Below, piece after piece: positions 30,001 to 39,469 of a stretch of 57,125 bases of DNA; positions within the stretch are counted from its first letter, which is position 1, and each line of letters starts with the position of its first letter. The stretch covers positions 1-57,125 of the forward strand of contig JAJPYF010000003.1 of NCBI GenBank assembly GCA_021205085.1. Reading direction: 5' to 3'. The translations under genes were made by a program, and so were the position numbers. The DNA is from Clostridiales bacterium. Lineage in GTDB: Bacteria > Bacillota > Clostridia > Lachnospirales > Lachnospiraceae. A model generated the notes under the pieces. The model was given only the letters and a program-made list of their open reading frames with translations, was not told where the DNA came from and did not search any database.

Positions 30001-31845
30001 GTTGCCGTCGCTGCTGTCCGCCCTCAGAGGGACCGTCACGCGCCCTCCGGAGCTCTCGTAATAATTTGTCACGTCGAAGCTCGCGGTGGCCAGCTTCGTC
30101 CCGTCCGTCGTCTGGAAAAACACAACCTTCATGTTCTCCAGCATATTCAGGATCTGCGTCAGCTCCTCCGCGGAATCATAGGAGAAGGTATAGCAGCTGC
30201 CGCTGCCCTGCGTGGTGGAGGTTCCGAAGACCGTCTCATCGTCGTACTCCTCCCAGATACGGTTGGAGCCCTCGTATCCGGTCACATTTCCGGAATCGTC
30301 CGTGACAAGCGCACCGTCAAGCAGCAGATAAGACGTGCCCTCCGCGTTCGTCCGCACCCAGAGGTCGACCGCCATGCCGTAGGTCTCGGACGCGGTCGTG
30401 GATCCCCCACCGGCATCCGTATCGTCCGGCGCTGCCGCAATCGCGTCGGAAGCATAGTTGTTGGCGGATGTTGTAGAGACCACCATCTGGATCCAGAGAT
30501 CCCAGCCATAAAAGGTCGGATGTGTAAAATGCGCCTCCAGCTTATCCGTGGTCATGGAATAATCGATAAGCTCCTCAAAATCGTACAACAGACCGCTGCC
30601 CATCTGGACATAACAGGTATTTTTCGCCCGAGTCTCCTCCGAATCCGAGTCGGTACAGAGGAACCACATAATGACGACTGTCGCATTCTCCCCGGAAAAA
30701 TCATCCCAGTGATAAACTCTGTTGCCGCCGCCGCCTTTGTAGGTATAGGTCGTGGTTTCATCGGCATACGGGAACAGAGCATTCAGGTAAGGTTTGATTT
30801 CGGTCCATGAAACGCTGTTCCCCGCCAGTCCTTTGTTGTGTATCGCCAGAATTTCCTCAGTATTCTCCTCAATGCTCTGCTTCAGTGCAAGATAATCGTC
30901 CCATCCGGTCAGGGTGATGCCCAGCTCCGCCCAGTCAGCCTCGGTCTTGGTCTCCAGCGCAGTCAGTGTGTACGGAGCGTAGTTTTTCACGCCCTCGGTC
31001 GCGCCGTAGATGCTGTACTGGTAAATCTCCGCGATGGCCACATAGGCCTCCCCCAGCCGTTCCAGCGCTGCGGACAGGCCGACATACATGTTGTAGATGT
31101 CCCCGGTGTATGCCGCGTAGTCGTGCTCAGCGCCGCCGTTGATCTTGTAATCCATATAGTCGCCGATGATCGCGACCAGGTTGCTCATATATCCGCTGCC
31201 CGATGAGACGACTGCCGCGTAGGCGTCCTCCGCCTGTATCAGCTTCGTCTGCGCAGCCTGCTCCAGGATCTGCAGATCCGTCGCGCCGGTGGATGTCGTC
31301 TCCAGCGCCGCCACGGCCCGGACACCGTAGTTGCCCGTCTTCTTCCAGAACTCGTAATTTTCATCCCATGTCGTATAGCGCAGGGCAGTATTTAATGAGG
31401 TGATCCGGCCGTCCGTCCCGTAGTACACGGAGCTGAGCGGGCTGCTGGCAAGCTGCGACGAATTCAGCTTCGACGGATAGAGAACCAGATCATCCAACCC
31501 GTAGGAGGAGTCCGACAGGCTGACCAGATTGCCCCATGTCAGGTTCGACGCCGTCTCACTCTGCACAGCGGAGGAATCCCCCACCTCAGAGGTCTCCGGC
31601 TCGTTGCCCTCCGCCCCGGAAAGCGCGATCTCCAGGCTTCCGTTTCCCGAGACGGTCGTCGTGACACCGCTCACCTCCGGGTTTGTCGAGAGCGTCACCC
31701 AGGCAAAGGTCGACCCGACCAGAAGCACCGCGGAAAGCACTGTCATCCACAGAACCGCCATGACCTTGCCCTTTGCCTTCGGAAGCATCGCCTCCAGGCG
31801 ACGGATATTCTGTTCCGTCTCTTTACTCATTTTTGTTCTGCCCAT
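27010..31845 (-). CDS. giant SipW-type-signal surface subunit, paralog 1 (subfamily A)
   Basis: ORF 27010..31869; ATG 31845 follows GGGGAGG. STFA|WVTLSTNPEV and the same architecture as the other paralogs. Confidence 0.88.
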   Translation of the reverse strand: MGRTKMSKETEQNIRRLEAMLPKAKGKVMAVLWMTVLSAVLLVGSTFAWVTLSTNPEVSGVTTTVSGNGSLEIALSGAEGNEPETSEVGDSSAVQSETASNLTWGNLVSLSDSSYGLDDLVLYPSKLNSSQLASSPLSSVYYGTDGRITSLNTALRYTTWDENYEFWKKTGNYGVRAVAALETTSTGATDLQILEQAAQTKLIQAEDAYAAVVSSGSGYMSNLVAIIGDYMDYKINGGAEHDYAAYTGDIYNMYVGLSAALERLGEAYVAIAEIYQYSIYGATEGVKNYAPYTLTALETKTEADWAELGITLTGWDDYLALKQSIEENTEEILAIHNKGLAGNSVSWTEIKPYLNALFPYADETTTYTYKGGGGNRVYHWDDFSGENATVVIMWFLCTDSDSEETRAKNTCYVQMGSGLLYDFEELIDYSMTTDKLEAHFTHPTFYGWDLWIQMVVSTTSANNYASDAIAAAPDDTDAGGGSTTASETYGMAVDLWVRTNAEGTSYLLLDGALVTDDSGNVTGYEGSNRIWEEYDDETVFGTSTTQGSGSCYTFSYDSAEELTQILNMLENMKVVFFQTTDGTKLATASFDVTNYYESSGGRVTVPLRADSSDGNSITMTDEDGDATTVYYITKLTQNDAVPITALLYLDGTQITNADASVSENFTGELNIQFASSANLETSGSTSGDLYNDAVDLSAAAEYTTDNDGNVTAAVTLTVSSGTTPTAVSAGYSRQMNNGAQALRADAVDFTLSESTEGESTWTMKYTFSAAGTYVLSIVTVDGKKYELEEPLTVTVEGFALDAVRWDYSSSAYSVLTADSSVTVPVTLDFAVDYTGNQSVRAAYVSSDGKYIYASLTVDDDDASVWKGQAQFTSSGTYTLKYFYIGNDIYDIPEAMQKTLTVSMGLRASVRPTCTSFEEGQTSIVYEDGDTYTVNVAVTLTDNAGSTLRNITGSGGIAEGSTVKLRYTRSDSATEYLETTLTWDSSSSSYTGSFSVSTTGVYSFTAVTIGSESVTSTTSAPSLSVHYDEGTVPEYAENLTTATQTVIGSTGSFVVRMANSSSSWKIKAVVKDTDVIGTDVTYTLDGEKGSVDSSGTAKWTFAAVDDSGEALEGNFQMTELQIYSASTGDLYKTIDVSEEGITAKIVTTVYVSATYDGEDASKGETIEVTSGYAATTLASVTADTTTSSNFYAVSSYDTSALEVVLADFEGEAVSGVTATSLEYTLDTASTSDYGYTIVYNEDDAPSAMTLSEVETTDGATYTFTDEDAGFNLWGEYAATLTYTVNGVEETAELASVEYTGVLPTFGNSSDTLSLKNASKGTNYLITNALVSANDGEEYEFFSYEIKNIPSSFETEQDADADGDTSDFIWNAYYFAVTGTTWTSKYNSGQQVVWDLTVGWMKPAGYVQMYAQNIYLSEDDAPAVWVTAEDGVVADDGTIADGNILYGAATSYYLTRNFAYTEAISSDGLVSQSTLDGKTINGMGVGRVTGDEESTALWYSSSYTKAVYGAERTILGTYGTTTEPVYALAANAATDPGYVTGELDYVISPTTGLATSTMKCVVTDEITEDTQYQTVMTDYEPLDIDEICIQYNGVTYLVNTSNVFEINMYYSAD

Positions 31846-31908
31846 CGTTTCCTCCCCATCTCTGTCCAAAAATAGTTCCCTTTTATCAATACCGCAATCC
31901 GGCGCCTG

Positions 31909-33669
31909 CTACAGCTCCGGATAATGGATAAACAGCGGAATTTCCCGCCAGCTTATATTCGTAGTTCCGATCGTATGGCCGATCGTCAGCCGATAGGTCC
32001 CCGCCGCGAGCGTGCTGCCCTCCGGAAGGGCTGCTGTCATCTGCCCGGATGCAACGGTCAGTGTCAGTCCGTCCGCGGAGACGGTCTCCCATGTAAGTTC
32101 ATGGTTTTCGTTTATCGTCAGCTGCTCCATCGTGTAAGAGACACAGCTCTCATCCGTCACGGTGCAGCTCACCGATTCCCCCTCTGTCAGAAGCGCCGCT
32201 CCCGGCGAAGGTGTATCCGTAACGGTCCGCGAAAGGACGGCCTCGTATCCGGCCGCATCCCGAACCGTGATCGTCAGTTCGTCATCGGCCGTCACTGAGG
32301 TGCCGGAAAAATCCATCTGCACCACATCGCTTCCCGTCGGGATCGGACAGCTTCCGCTCTCCCACGCGAGGAGCGTGCCGCTGCTCACGATGTAGCGCAC
32401 ACCGGTCACTTCCGCGCTCTGCGTCTTGTTATATACGGAAATCGTGTAGGACTGATCCGGATTCGGGAGCTGTATGGCAAAGCAGGTCTCCTTCTCCAGC
32501 GTCCCAAGACTGCTTTTCAGAGTCAGCGCCCCGGCTGCTTCCTCCTCCGTCGCCTCCTGTGTGCGGAGGGTGACATGAATCGTTGCGGTATAATCGCCGG
32601 ATGTGAGATAGATCTCCGCCGCCTGCCCGTCCAGAGTACTCAGCTCATTCCCGGTACTGTTGGTTTCAGTGCTGCCGCTCGCCGCTTCCTCTGTGCCTTC
32701 CTCCGCCGTGCCGGAACCATCGTCCTCGCCGCCGTTGTCTCCGGTCTCCGTTCCGGACTCACTTCCATCCGTCTCACTCTCCATGCCCACCAATGTCTGC
32801 GCCGCGACTGTCCCGGTCGTAAAAAGGCTCTGCGCCGCGTCGCTCAGCGCCAGCGTGAGCGTGGCACTGCCGTTCTGGTCCACAGAAACCGACGGAACGA
32901 CATACGGGCTGCTTGTCTTCGCCTCCGCCTGCACGCCGATATTTACCGTGTGTGTGTCTGACGCGGAAGAAATCACCCAGTCATTCAGATAAACCGTCTG
33001 TCCGCCCTCTGCCAGAATCCCGGTGTCCGCTGTCTCCGACTCCGTCGGAAGAACGATCAGCGCCGCGGAGGACGCCGCCTCCACCCGCACCGGGGAATCA
33101 CTGCGCACCGCGGTCAGCGTAAACACGCACGGCTCGCTCACGCTGTCCGGCAGCTCCACCGACACCGTACCGGTCCACTGGCTCAGCCGCCCGCCGTCCA
33201 GCGTAAATGTGGTTTCCCGCGAGCCGGAGTCTGAATAAAACCGGTACACCCAGCCCGAACCGCAGCTGTAATCCTTCACACTCCCGTCCGTGATCTCCTC
33301 CCAGTATCCCGTGTATGTCACATCATTTCCGCTCGCATCCTTCGTGGTGATGAACGGCGCGGCCAGGGAGGCGTCCTTTATCCCCGCACTCACGGTAAGC
33401 TCCAGTGAAAATGCAATATCATCCGTTGCGTAAGCGCTTCCCTCGCCGTTCGAGACCGTGACCGCGGCAGCGTTGTTCTCCCATGTCCCAACCTCCGCGG
33501 ACAGCCACTGCCGGTCCGCGGTAAACGTTCCCATCGCACCGTTGTAGATAACGGACTCGTACCGGCAGAATGTCACGCCCACCGAGAGCGACAGGCAGAT
33601 CATCACGCACAGCGCCGCCATCCCGATCAGGGCTCCGCCCCGGAACCGCCGTCTGTTCTCTTTTCTCAT
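31909..33669 (-). CDS. secreted acidic beta-rich protein with a variant SipW-like signal (VGVTFCRYES)
   Basis: ATG 33669 follows AAGGAGG. Basic N-terminus, hydrophobic helix, TxxRY-type motif, acidic low-complexity linker. Confidence 0.7.
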   Translation of the reverse strand: MRKENRRRFRGGALIGMAALCVMICLSLSVGVTFCRYESVIYNGAMGTFTADRQWLSAEVGTWENNAAAVTVSNGEGSAYATDDIAFSLELTVSAGIKDASLAAPFITTKDASGNDVTYTGYWEEITDGSVKDYSCGSGWVYRFYSDSGSRETTFTLDGGRLSQWTGTVSVELPDSVSEPCVFTLTAVRSDSPVRVEAASSAALIVLPTESETADTGILAEGGQTVYLNDWVISSASDTHTVNIGVQAEAKTSSPYVVPSVSVDQNGSATLTLALSDAAQSLFTTGTVAAQTLVGMESETDGSESGTETGDNGGEDDGSGTAEEGTEEAASGSTETNSTGNELSTLDGQAAEIYLTSGDYTATIHVTLRTQEATEEEAAGALTLKSSLGTLEKETCFAIQLPNPDQSYTISVYNKTQSAEVTGVRYIVSSGTLLAWESGSCPIPTGSDVVQMDFSGTSVTADDELTITVRDAAGYEAVLSRTVTDTPSPGAALLTEGESVSCTVTDESCVSYTMEQLTINENHELTWETVSADGLTLTVASGQMTAALPEGSTLAAGTYRLTIGHTIGTTNISWREIPLFIHYPEL

Positions 33670-33732
33670 GCCTGTCACCTCCTTCTTCGATTCACCGAAT
33701 ATATATCTCTCTGCTGCTTTCTCCGTCCCGCG

Positions 33733-35664
33733 TTACTCGCCCGTCACCGTATAGTACCCGTCCGAATGACTCTGCGTATATCCCGTCTTCAGCCACTCCG
33801 ACACACTGGAGGAATACGTTCCTCCGAGGATGCTGACCGTCACCCAGTCCACATTCTCTGTCGGGAAGACAACGACCGCGTTCGAGGATGCACTGCTCAC
33901 CATGGTATCCGACCCGGAAACCGTCACATCGATATCCCAGCCGTAGTTGGTCTCCACATAGATTCCCGCACCGCTGTCGAGAAAACCGTTCGTAGACGGC
34001 GTTGTCAGTGACTGAATCTGATCCGAGGTTCCGGTGCCGAGCACCGTGCTGTCCGATACACGGACCGTGCCGCCCTTGATTGCCATGCCGGTCACACCGG
34101 AAATCTCACTGTTGTACACCGTCAGCGTGCTGGACTCCTGCGGCTGATAGATGCCGGCCCAGAGCCCTTTCACGGTGCTATTTAATATCTGTATCTCGGT
34201 ACCCCACCGTTCATCTCCGGTCTTGTTCGTTCCGTTTCCGGAGATGCCGATGTACCCGCTGTTAATCGTACATCCGTCCACGATCAGGACGGTGTTGGCC
34301 TCTGTCACGCTGCCGTTGCCCTGCAGGAGGACCGTCGTCGCCGTGGTCTCCAGACTGCAGTCTGTCAGCCGGACGACCGAGTCGCCGTCCGTATCCTGTA
34401 CAACCACCGCATAGCTCGCCCCGGTCATCGTCACATCATCGAGCACCAGTGAGCTGTCCGCCGCGCGGAACGCCACTCCGCCGCCGCCCTCGACCGTGCC
34501 GTTTGTGACAACCACCTCCGCGCCCTCCGTGGCGTAGATCGTGCTCGTCGAGGTCTCCATGGTCAACGTGTTTCCGTTCAGGTCGATCACCGCGGTACCC
34601 GCCTCCACATTCACGGCGGAGCTCACGGAAATATCATCCGAAAGAGAGACCACCACGGTATCATCGCCCGATGTCAGCGCGGCCGCGAGGTCCTCCCCCG
34701 TCGCCACTGTCGTGCTGTTGGTCTGGTTCGCGTTCTGCGCCGTGATCGTAAGCTTCACGGTCTCGGAAACCTTTGTCTCTCCGCTTCCGACCTTCGTATC
34801 CCATGCGGTCGCCTGCTGAATCTCGCTCAGCGTACACAGGTGCACCCACACGCCGACACCGCTGCCGTCCACCTCCACGGGATAATACCCGTTGACTCCG
34901 CTGCCATATTGAATATCCTTCTCATATCCGTCCGTCGCGGAGAGAGAGACAAGAAATGTCTGCACATCCGTCTCCCCGTCCGTCGTCAGCAGATTCCCGT
35001 CGTCGTCAAAGGTCGCCGCGTCCAGATCATACTCAACCGGGCGCAGATAATCGTTGATCGTCACCTTGAGGTCTGCGCTCGATCCCGTAACCGCCCCCTC
35101 AAAATAGTAGCCGACCACATCGTAAACCCACTCCCATTTCAGAGCCACGTCATTCATATATTCATCGGAGAGCGTGAGCGTATCCCCGCCCAGAATCAGG
35201 TAAGAATAGTCCGTCTCCGAATTCAGGTAAATCCGGTCGGAGGTCTCGCCGTTCACCGTCGCGCTGGTATCCGCGTAAAAATACAGACGGCTTTTCATCT
35301 CTGTGTTCGTCATCTCGCTCTTGGAAATGCTCATCGACGCGAAGATATAATCTGTATTCGTGCTGTTATCCACGCTCAGGGATACCACCCCGGATTTTCC
35401 CGGCTCGATCATGGTGGCTTCATCATTCACGGTCACCGTACCGTCAAATCCCCACGCCTCCGTCTCAAAGGTCAGTCCGGTGGACTCGATCACGTTCGTG
35501 TACCACGCCTGCGTCATGGCGAACACCAGAACAACCGTCACCGCGATCGTGAGGATGGCGAGAGCCGCCTGCATCCGCACACGCTTTTTCGCAGCGCCGA
35601 TCTCACTGCCCGTCTGCCCGACTGTCTCAGGCTCCTGTTTCACCTTTTTTGGCATTTTCAGCAT
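33733..35664 (-). CDS. SipW-type-signal protein with a C-terminal right-handed beta-helix-like domain
   Basis: FAMTQA|WYTNV signal. The C-terminal half (VIDLNGNTLT...GIYQPQESSTLTVYNSEISGVTGMAIKGGTVRV) has beta-helix periodicity. Confidence 0.75.
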   Translation of the reverse strand: MLKMPKKVKQEPETVGQTGSEIGAAKKRVRMQAALAILTIAVTVVLVFAMTQAWYTNVIESTGLTFETEAWGFDGTVTVNDEATMIEPGKSGVVSLSVDNSTNTDYIFASMSISKSEMTNTEMKSRLYFYADTSATVNGETSDRIYLNSETDYSYLILGGDTLTLSDEYMNDVALKWEWVYDVVGYYFEGAVTGSSADLKVTINDYLRPVEYDLDAATFDDDGNLLTTDGETDVQTFLVSLSATDGYEKDIQYGSGVNGYYPVEVDGSGVGVWVHLCTLSEIQQATAWDTKVGSGETKVSETVKLTITAQNANQTNSTTVATGEDLAAALTSGDDTVVVSLSDDISVSSAVNVEAGTAVIDLNGNTLTMETSTSTIYATEGAEVVVTNGTVEGGGGVAFRAADSSLVLDDVTMTGASYAVVVQDTDGDSVVRLTDCSLETTATTVLLQGNGSVTEANTVLIVDGCTINSGYIGISGNGTNKTGDERWGTEIQILNSTVKGLWAGIYQPQESSTLTVYNSEISGVTGMAIKGGTVRVSDSTVLGTGTSDQIQSLTTPSTNGFLDSGAGIYVETNYGWDIDVTVSGSDTMVSSASSNAVVVFPTENVDWVTVSILGGTYSSSVSEWLKTGYTQSHSDGYYTVTGE

Positions 35665-36325
35665 TTTTACTCAGCTCCTCCATCAGTTCCCTGCGAACCC
35701 GTTCTACCATCGCCGCATACTCCTCGTTGGTAAAGACCGGAGTCTCTTCCACATCCGGATGCTCCATCTCATAGACCATCTGCTCCATATCCCTGCGGAT
35801 ATTTCTCACACAGTTGTGCAGGATCAGGCCGGTCACCAGCAGGACGGGAAAAACGATACAGGCCAGAAAGCCTATCCTTGTTGTCAGCGCGCTTATCACC
35901 ATCGCCACCGGATTTCCCTCCTTTGAATACCAGACTACGATTCCGATCAGCTGACGCTCCGTCACATAACCGGCGTCCACGGCCAGGTTGGCGTCGCCCT
36001 TCGTCTCCAGCAGCACGTTGCCCTCGCTGTCCGCCCGGACGGCCGTCACCCGGTGGGTGATGACCATGCCCATGGTGGATGAATCGTCCGAGATATAGCA
36101 GATAATATCTCCCTCGCCGATCTCATTGATATCCGCTCTGCGCGCCATCAGCAGCGCGCCGGTCTGGATCGTCGGCTCCATGCTCCCGGTCGCCACGCGG
36201 AAAACACTCCGCCCCGCGACCATCACATATCCGCGGCTTCGCACCTGCGCCAGTGTATATATACAAAAAACCATTGAAACGATAAGCAGGGCCGAAACCC
36301 CCTTGGTCAGAATCTTCTTTTTCAT
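35627..36325 (-). CDS. sipW: signal peptidase I, SipW/ER-type (S26B), copy 2
   Basis: VATGSMEPT (catalytic Ser), ITHRV (His), ETKGDAN; N- and C-terminal TM helices. Confidence 0.9.
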   Translation of the reverse strand: MKKKILTKGVSALLIVSMVFCIYTLAQVRSRGYVMVAGRSVFRVATGSMEPTIQTGALLMARRADINEIGEGDIICYISDDSSTMGMVITHRVTAVRADSEGNVLLETKGDANLAVDAGYVTERQLIGIVVWYSKEGNPVAMVISALTTRIGFLACIVFPVLLVTGLILHNCVRNIRRDMEQMVYEMEHPDVEETPVFTNEEYAAMVERVRRELMEELSKNAENAKKGETGA

Positions 36326-36328
36326 TCC

Positions 36329-37636
36329 TTACTCTTCACTCGCCCCCGCCAGCTGGACAAACACGCTTAAGGACGACCCGGCGCTCCCGCCGACACAGTC
36401 CGCGTCCTGACCCTCCAGCCAGACAAACATGCGGACACGCTGGGGAACATCCCTCTGCAGCGTCACGATCGAGACATCCTCCGTGGCTCCTCCGAGAAGC
36501 AGCCCGGACATATCCGCTGCGGACACTGTCCCGCCCCCGGTCACCGCGTTGGTAAACAGGCTCTCCGAGTAAGAGAGAAATCGGCCGCGCTGTACATAAG
36601 CGCTCAACTGGTTCTGGAGATAATCACCGTAAAAGTACGACTGCACCTCCTCGGCGGAGGCAAACTCGCGGCCGTACACGGCTGCCTTGAAAATCTCGCC
36701 GAAGGTACTGTTAAAGCTGCCGGAAAGCTGCGCCGTGACGATCGCGCTCATCGCATTCGCCGCCGCGGTCGTCCCGTCCTCCCCCGTCACCGGCAGGGTC
36801 AGGGCATAGGCTCCGTCCTCGATCCCCGACAGATTGCTGTCCGGGTGAAGGTCCGCGTTCGGCTCGTAGATCGTAAACGCCGTGTCGTCGGAGTTCTCCT
36901 CGTAAACACCCGCCAGGCTGCTGTAATCGGAGGAATAGTCCGCACTCTGCATATACAGGTACATGCTGTTATCATCCTCAACCGCCGTCTCATCGACAAG
37001 GAATCCCAGACGCGCTGTGGCGGAGGACTGATCATCCCCACTCTCCAGCGTCCACCCTTCCTCCGTCTCCGCGACATCACGGAGGGCAAGCACGTAGCTG
37101 CCGTCTGTCTCCCCGCCGGAGGAGACGCGGATGGTATAGCCATCGGTCGGCGATACAATCCAGAAGTCCAGATAGATGTAATGTCCCTCCGCGATCGTCT
37201 CTCCCTGATCCGCGCTCACATTCGCGTGCGCAAGATTTGTCTCTGCTGTATAGGAATCGATCTCACCCGTATCCTCCGAGTACACCGGGAGATACCATGT
37301 CACGCCGTCCGCCGTTGAAACCGGCGTCAGGCCTCCGAGATTGGAAAGCTCCTCATAATATTCTGTCTGTGAAAAGTTCAGCTCACCGGAAAACGATCCG
37401 GGATAGTGGTAGGTCACGCCATTCACCGTCTCCGTCACATCCGGTGCGACCAGAATCGTATTGCCGCCGCCGATCGTGACCTGCAGCCCCTCGACGGCCG
37501 GTGAGGACGACATGCTCATCCACGCGTAGCTGCTCACCACCATCAGGGACAGGGCGAGGACAAGGCACGCGAATGTCGCCACCAATTTTGTATATCTGGA
37601 ATTGCGTCTCCTCATCGATGATCTTTTCATGCTCAC
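36329..37636 (-). CDS. SipW-type-signal minor subunit (VWLEGxDxDC family)
   Basis: SSYA|WMSMSSSPAVEGL signal; IYEPNAD; C-terminal MFVWLEGQDADC. Confidence 0.8.
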   Translation of the reverse strand: MSMKRSSMRRRNSRYTKLVATFACLVLALSLMVVSSYAWMSMSSSPAVEGLQVTIGGGNTILVAPDVTETVNGVTYHYPGSFSGELNFSQTEYYEELSNLGGLTPVSTADGVTWYLPVYSEDTGEIDSYTAETNLAHANVSADQGETIAEGHYIYLDFWIVSPTDGYTIRVSSGGETDGSYVLALRDVAETEEGWTLESGDDQSSATARLGFLVDETAVEDDNSMYLYMQSADYSSDYSSLAGVYEENSDDTAFTIYEPNADLHPDSNLSGIEDGAYALTLPVTGEDGTTAAANAMSAIVTAQLSGSFNSTFGEIFKAAVYGREFASAEEVQSYFYGDYLQNQLSAYVQRGRFLSYSESLFTNAVTGGGTVSAADMSGLLLGGATEDVSIVTLQRDVPQRVRMFVWLEGQDADCVGGSAGSSLSVFVQLAGASEE

Positions 37637-37642
37637 ACTTCT

Positions 37643-39469
37643 CTATTTCACGCCGCCCGCGGCAAGCGCTTTCCGGCGCTTTTCTCTGGCCTGCTCCCTC
37701 TCGGCCGCACGCCGGGCGAGCTCCTCCTGCTGCTTTGTGCGCAGGCGCTGCTGATAGGGAATCTGCTCCTTAAACCGCAGCAGCTCCGCGCGAATCTCGC
37801 GTGTCTGCGCCCGGTCCGCACGGCGGCGCTCCTCCGCCTCGCGGAACTCCCGCGCCAGCTTCTCCTCAAGCGCTTCCTTCTCTCTGGCCTCCCGGACCAG
37901 ACGCTCCTGCTCGCGGCGGGTCTCCTCCTCCAGAAGAGCCATCTCCTTCTCAAACTCCTCTTTCCTGCGCTCCTGCTCCTTCTCCTGCCTGCGGTTCTCA
38001 CGCGCAAGCTTCTTTTCCTCTGCCCTGCGGCGCTCCTCCTCCTCGGTCATGAGCGCGGCGTCCGCAAAATCGAGCAGCTCCACCCGCTTCTCCTGCATGG
38101 CGCGGGCACGCTCATCCATCCGTCCGGCAAGGCTTCTGTTAAAGTATGTAATCTCCTCGCGGTACATCTTCTCCCGGCGGCGCTCCTCGGAAAGCCGCTC
38201 GCGCTCCGCCTGCCGCTCGCGCTCCTCGCGCTCCTCCTGCTCCAGACGAAGCCGCTCTTCCTCCGCCTCGCGGATCTTGCGCTGCCGTTCCTCCTCGGCC
38301 TCCTCGGCGAGTCTGCGTTCCACTTCCTCCTGACGGCGGCGCTCCTCGGCCTCCTCCACCAGACGAAGCCGCTCCGCTTCCTCCTCCTGCATCAGCTGCT
38401 CTTTCGTCAGCTCCTCGATGAAGACCTTGCGGATCTCCACGTCGGGGAGGTCATAATCCTCCGTCAGCTCCTCGATAATCTCATGAATAAACTTCGGCTT
38501 TAAGACGCGCCGTTTCTCCTTTTTCACAGGCGGCACACGGCGGTCCTTCTCATCCTCCAGATACCCCTTCAGGATGATATAGTTAAACATTATATTGTGA
38601 AAGATATCGCGCTGGAACTCCTCGCTCACCTGCGGATTCTGCTCCACCACCTTGATGCTGTAGCCGATCTCATCGTAGGACTGGAGAAACTCGTACAGCT
38701 TCGCTACCTGACGGTAATCCGGATTTCCCTTGATAATATTCGTCCGGATCAGATGCCCGTGCACCCGCCCGTAGTCAGACATCTGCTGTGCGTACTGCGT
38801 ATTCATATAGCCGCCCAACAGACGATACAGGCGGGAAATGCGGGAAAAGATATCCTGATGCTTCTCATCCGTGTCGAGCGCACTCTCCACATCGTTGATG
38901 CGGAAGAAATAATCCATCTCCACCTGCTCCGCCGAGGTCGTCATGGTAGAATTCACCCGCAGCTTCGCGCCCTGCTCATCGTGCATCGCGTCAAAAAGAG
39001 CGTCATGGCGGATTTTCACGAAATGATAGGCATGCTCCATAACCGTGAAAACCACCCGGTTCTCATACATTTCCTGCGATTCCTCGCGCAGGCTCTGCCG
39101 CACGCGGGAGGGCCGGACATCGCCGGTTTTCTCATCGTAAGATTCCACCAGATTCCCATGCTGCGCCACATGGCGGACCACATCCGGGCCGAACTTTTTT
39201 GCACTCGCGACATTGACGATCAGCTCCTCCTCCTTGATCACGTTCCTCGGATTGGAAATAATATGTTCCATCGGCACGAGCGTGTCCTCGATCATGTCAA
39301 CCCATGTGGGGTCAACCGTCTTCACCAGATGCCGGTTGGAAAACTGGATCACATTCTTCGCCCGCGACAGGGAGTCCATGAAATACTGATAGAACTCGTC
39401 GTCGCCCAGCGTCCGCAGAATGCTCTTTGTAAATTTCTCATAGATCGGATCGATCAGGTTCTCTGCCAT
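37643..39469 (-). CDS. DUF2357 (McrC-like N-terminal) protein with a long E/R/K coiled-coil tail and no visible nuclease domain
   Basis: MYENRVV and NPDYRQVAKLY motifs; the C-terminal ~250 aa are E/R/K-rich helix. ATG 39469 overlaps the upstream stop (TGATG). Confidence 0.75.
   Translation of the reverse strand: MAENLIDPIYEKFTKSILRTLGDDEFYQYFMDSLSRAKNVIQFSNRHLVKTVDPTWVDMIEDTLVPMEHIISNPRNVIKEEELIVNVASAKKFGPDVVRHVAQHGNLVESYDEKTGDVRPSRVRQSLREESQEMYENRVVFTVMEHAYHFVKIRHDALFDAMHDEQGAKLRVNSTMTTSAEQVEMDYFFRINDVESALDTDEKHQDIFSRISRLYRLLGGYMNTQYAQQMSDYGRVHGHLIRTNIIKGNPDYRQVAKLYEFLQSYDEIGYSIKVVEQNPQVSEEFQRDIFHNIMFNYIILKGYLEDEKDRRVPPVKKEKRRVLKPKFIHEIIEELTEDYDLPDVEIRKVFIEELTKEQLMQEEEAERLRLVEEAEERRRQEEVERRLAEEAEEERQRKIREAEEERLRLEQEEREERERQAERERLSEERRREKMYREEITYFNRSLAGRMDERARAMQEKRVELLDFADAALMTEEEERRRAEEKKLARENRRQEKEQERRKEEFEKEMALLEEETRREQERLVREAREKEALEEKLAREFREAEERRRADRAQTREIRAELLRFKEQIPYQQRLRTKQQEELARRAAEREQAREKRRKALAAGGVK

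Noticed and set aside
1549-31845. Shufflon/invertible locus or diversity-generating retroelement driving tip variation
   Set aside because: All paralogs are full-length and co-oriented, no inverted recombination sites or silent cassettes were seen, the recombinase lacks catalytic residues, and no reverse transcriptase or adenine-specific TR/VR pair was found.
2499-31845. Polymorphic toxin-immunity array
   Set aside because: No recognisable toxin, Hint or RHS domains, and no small immunity genes follow most paralogs.
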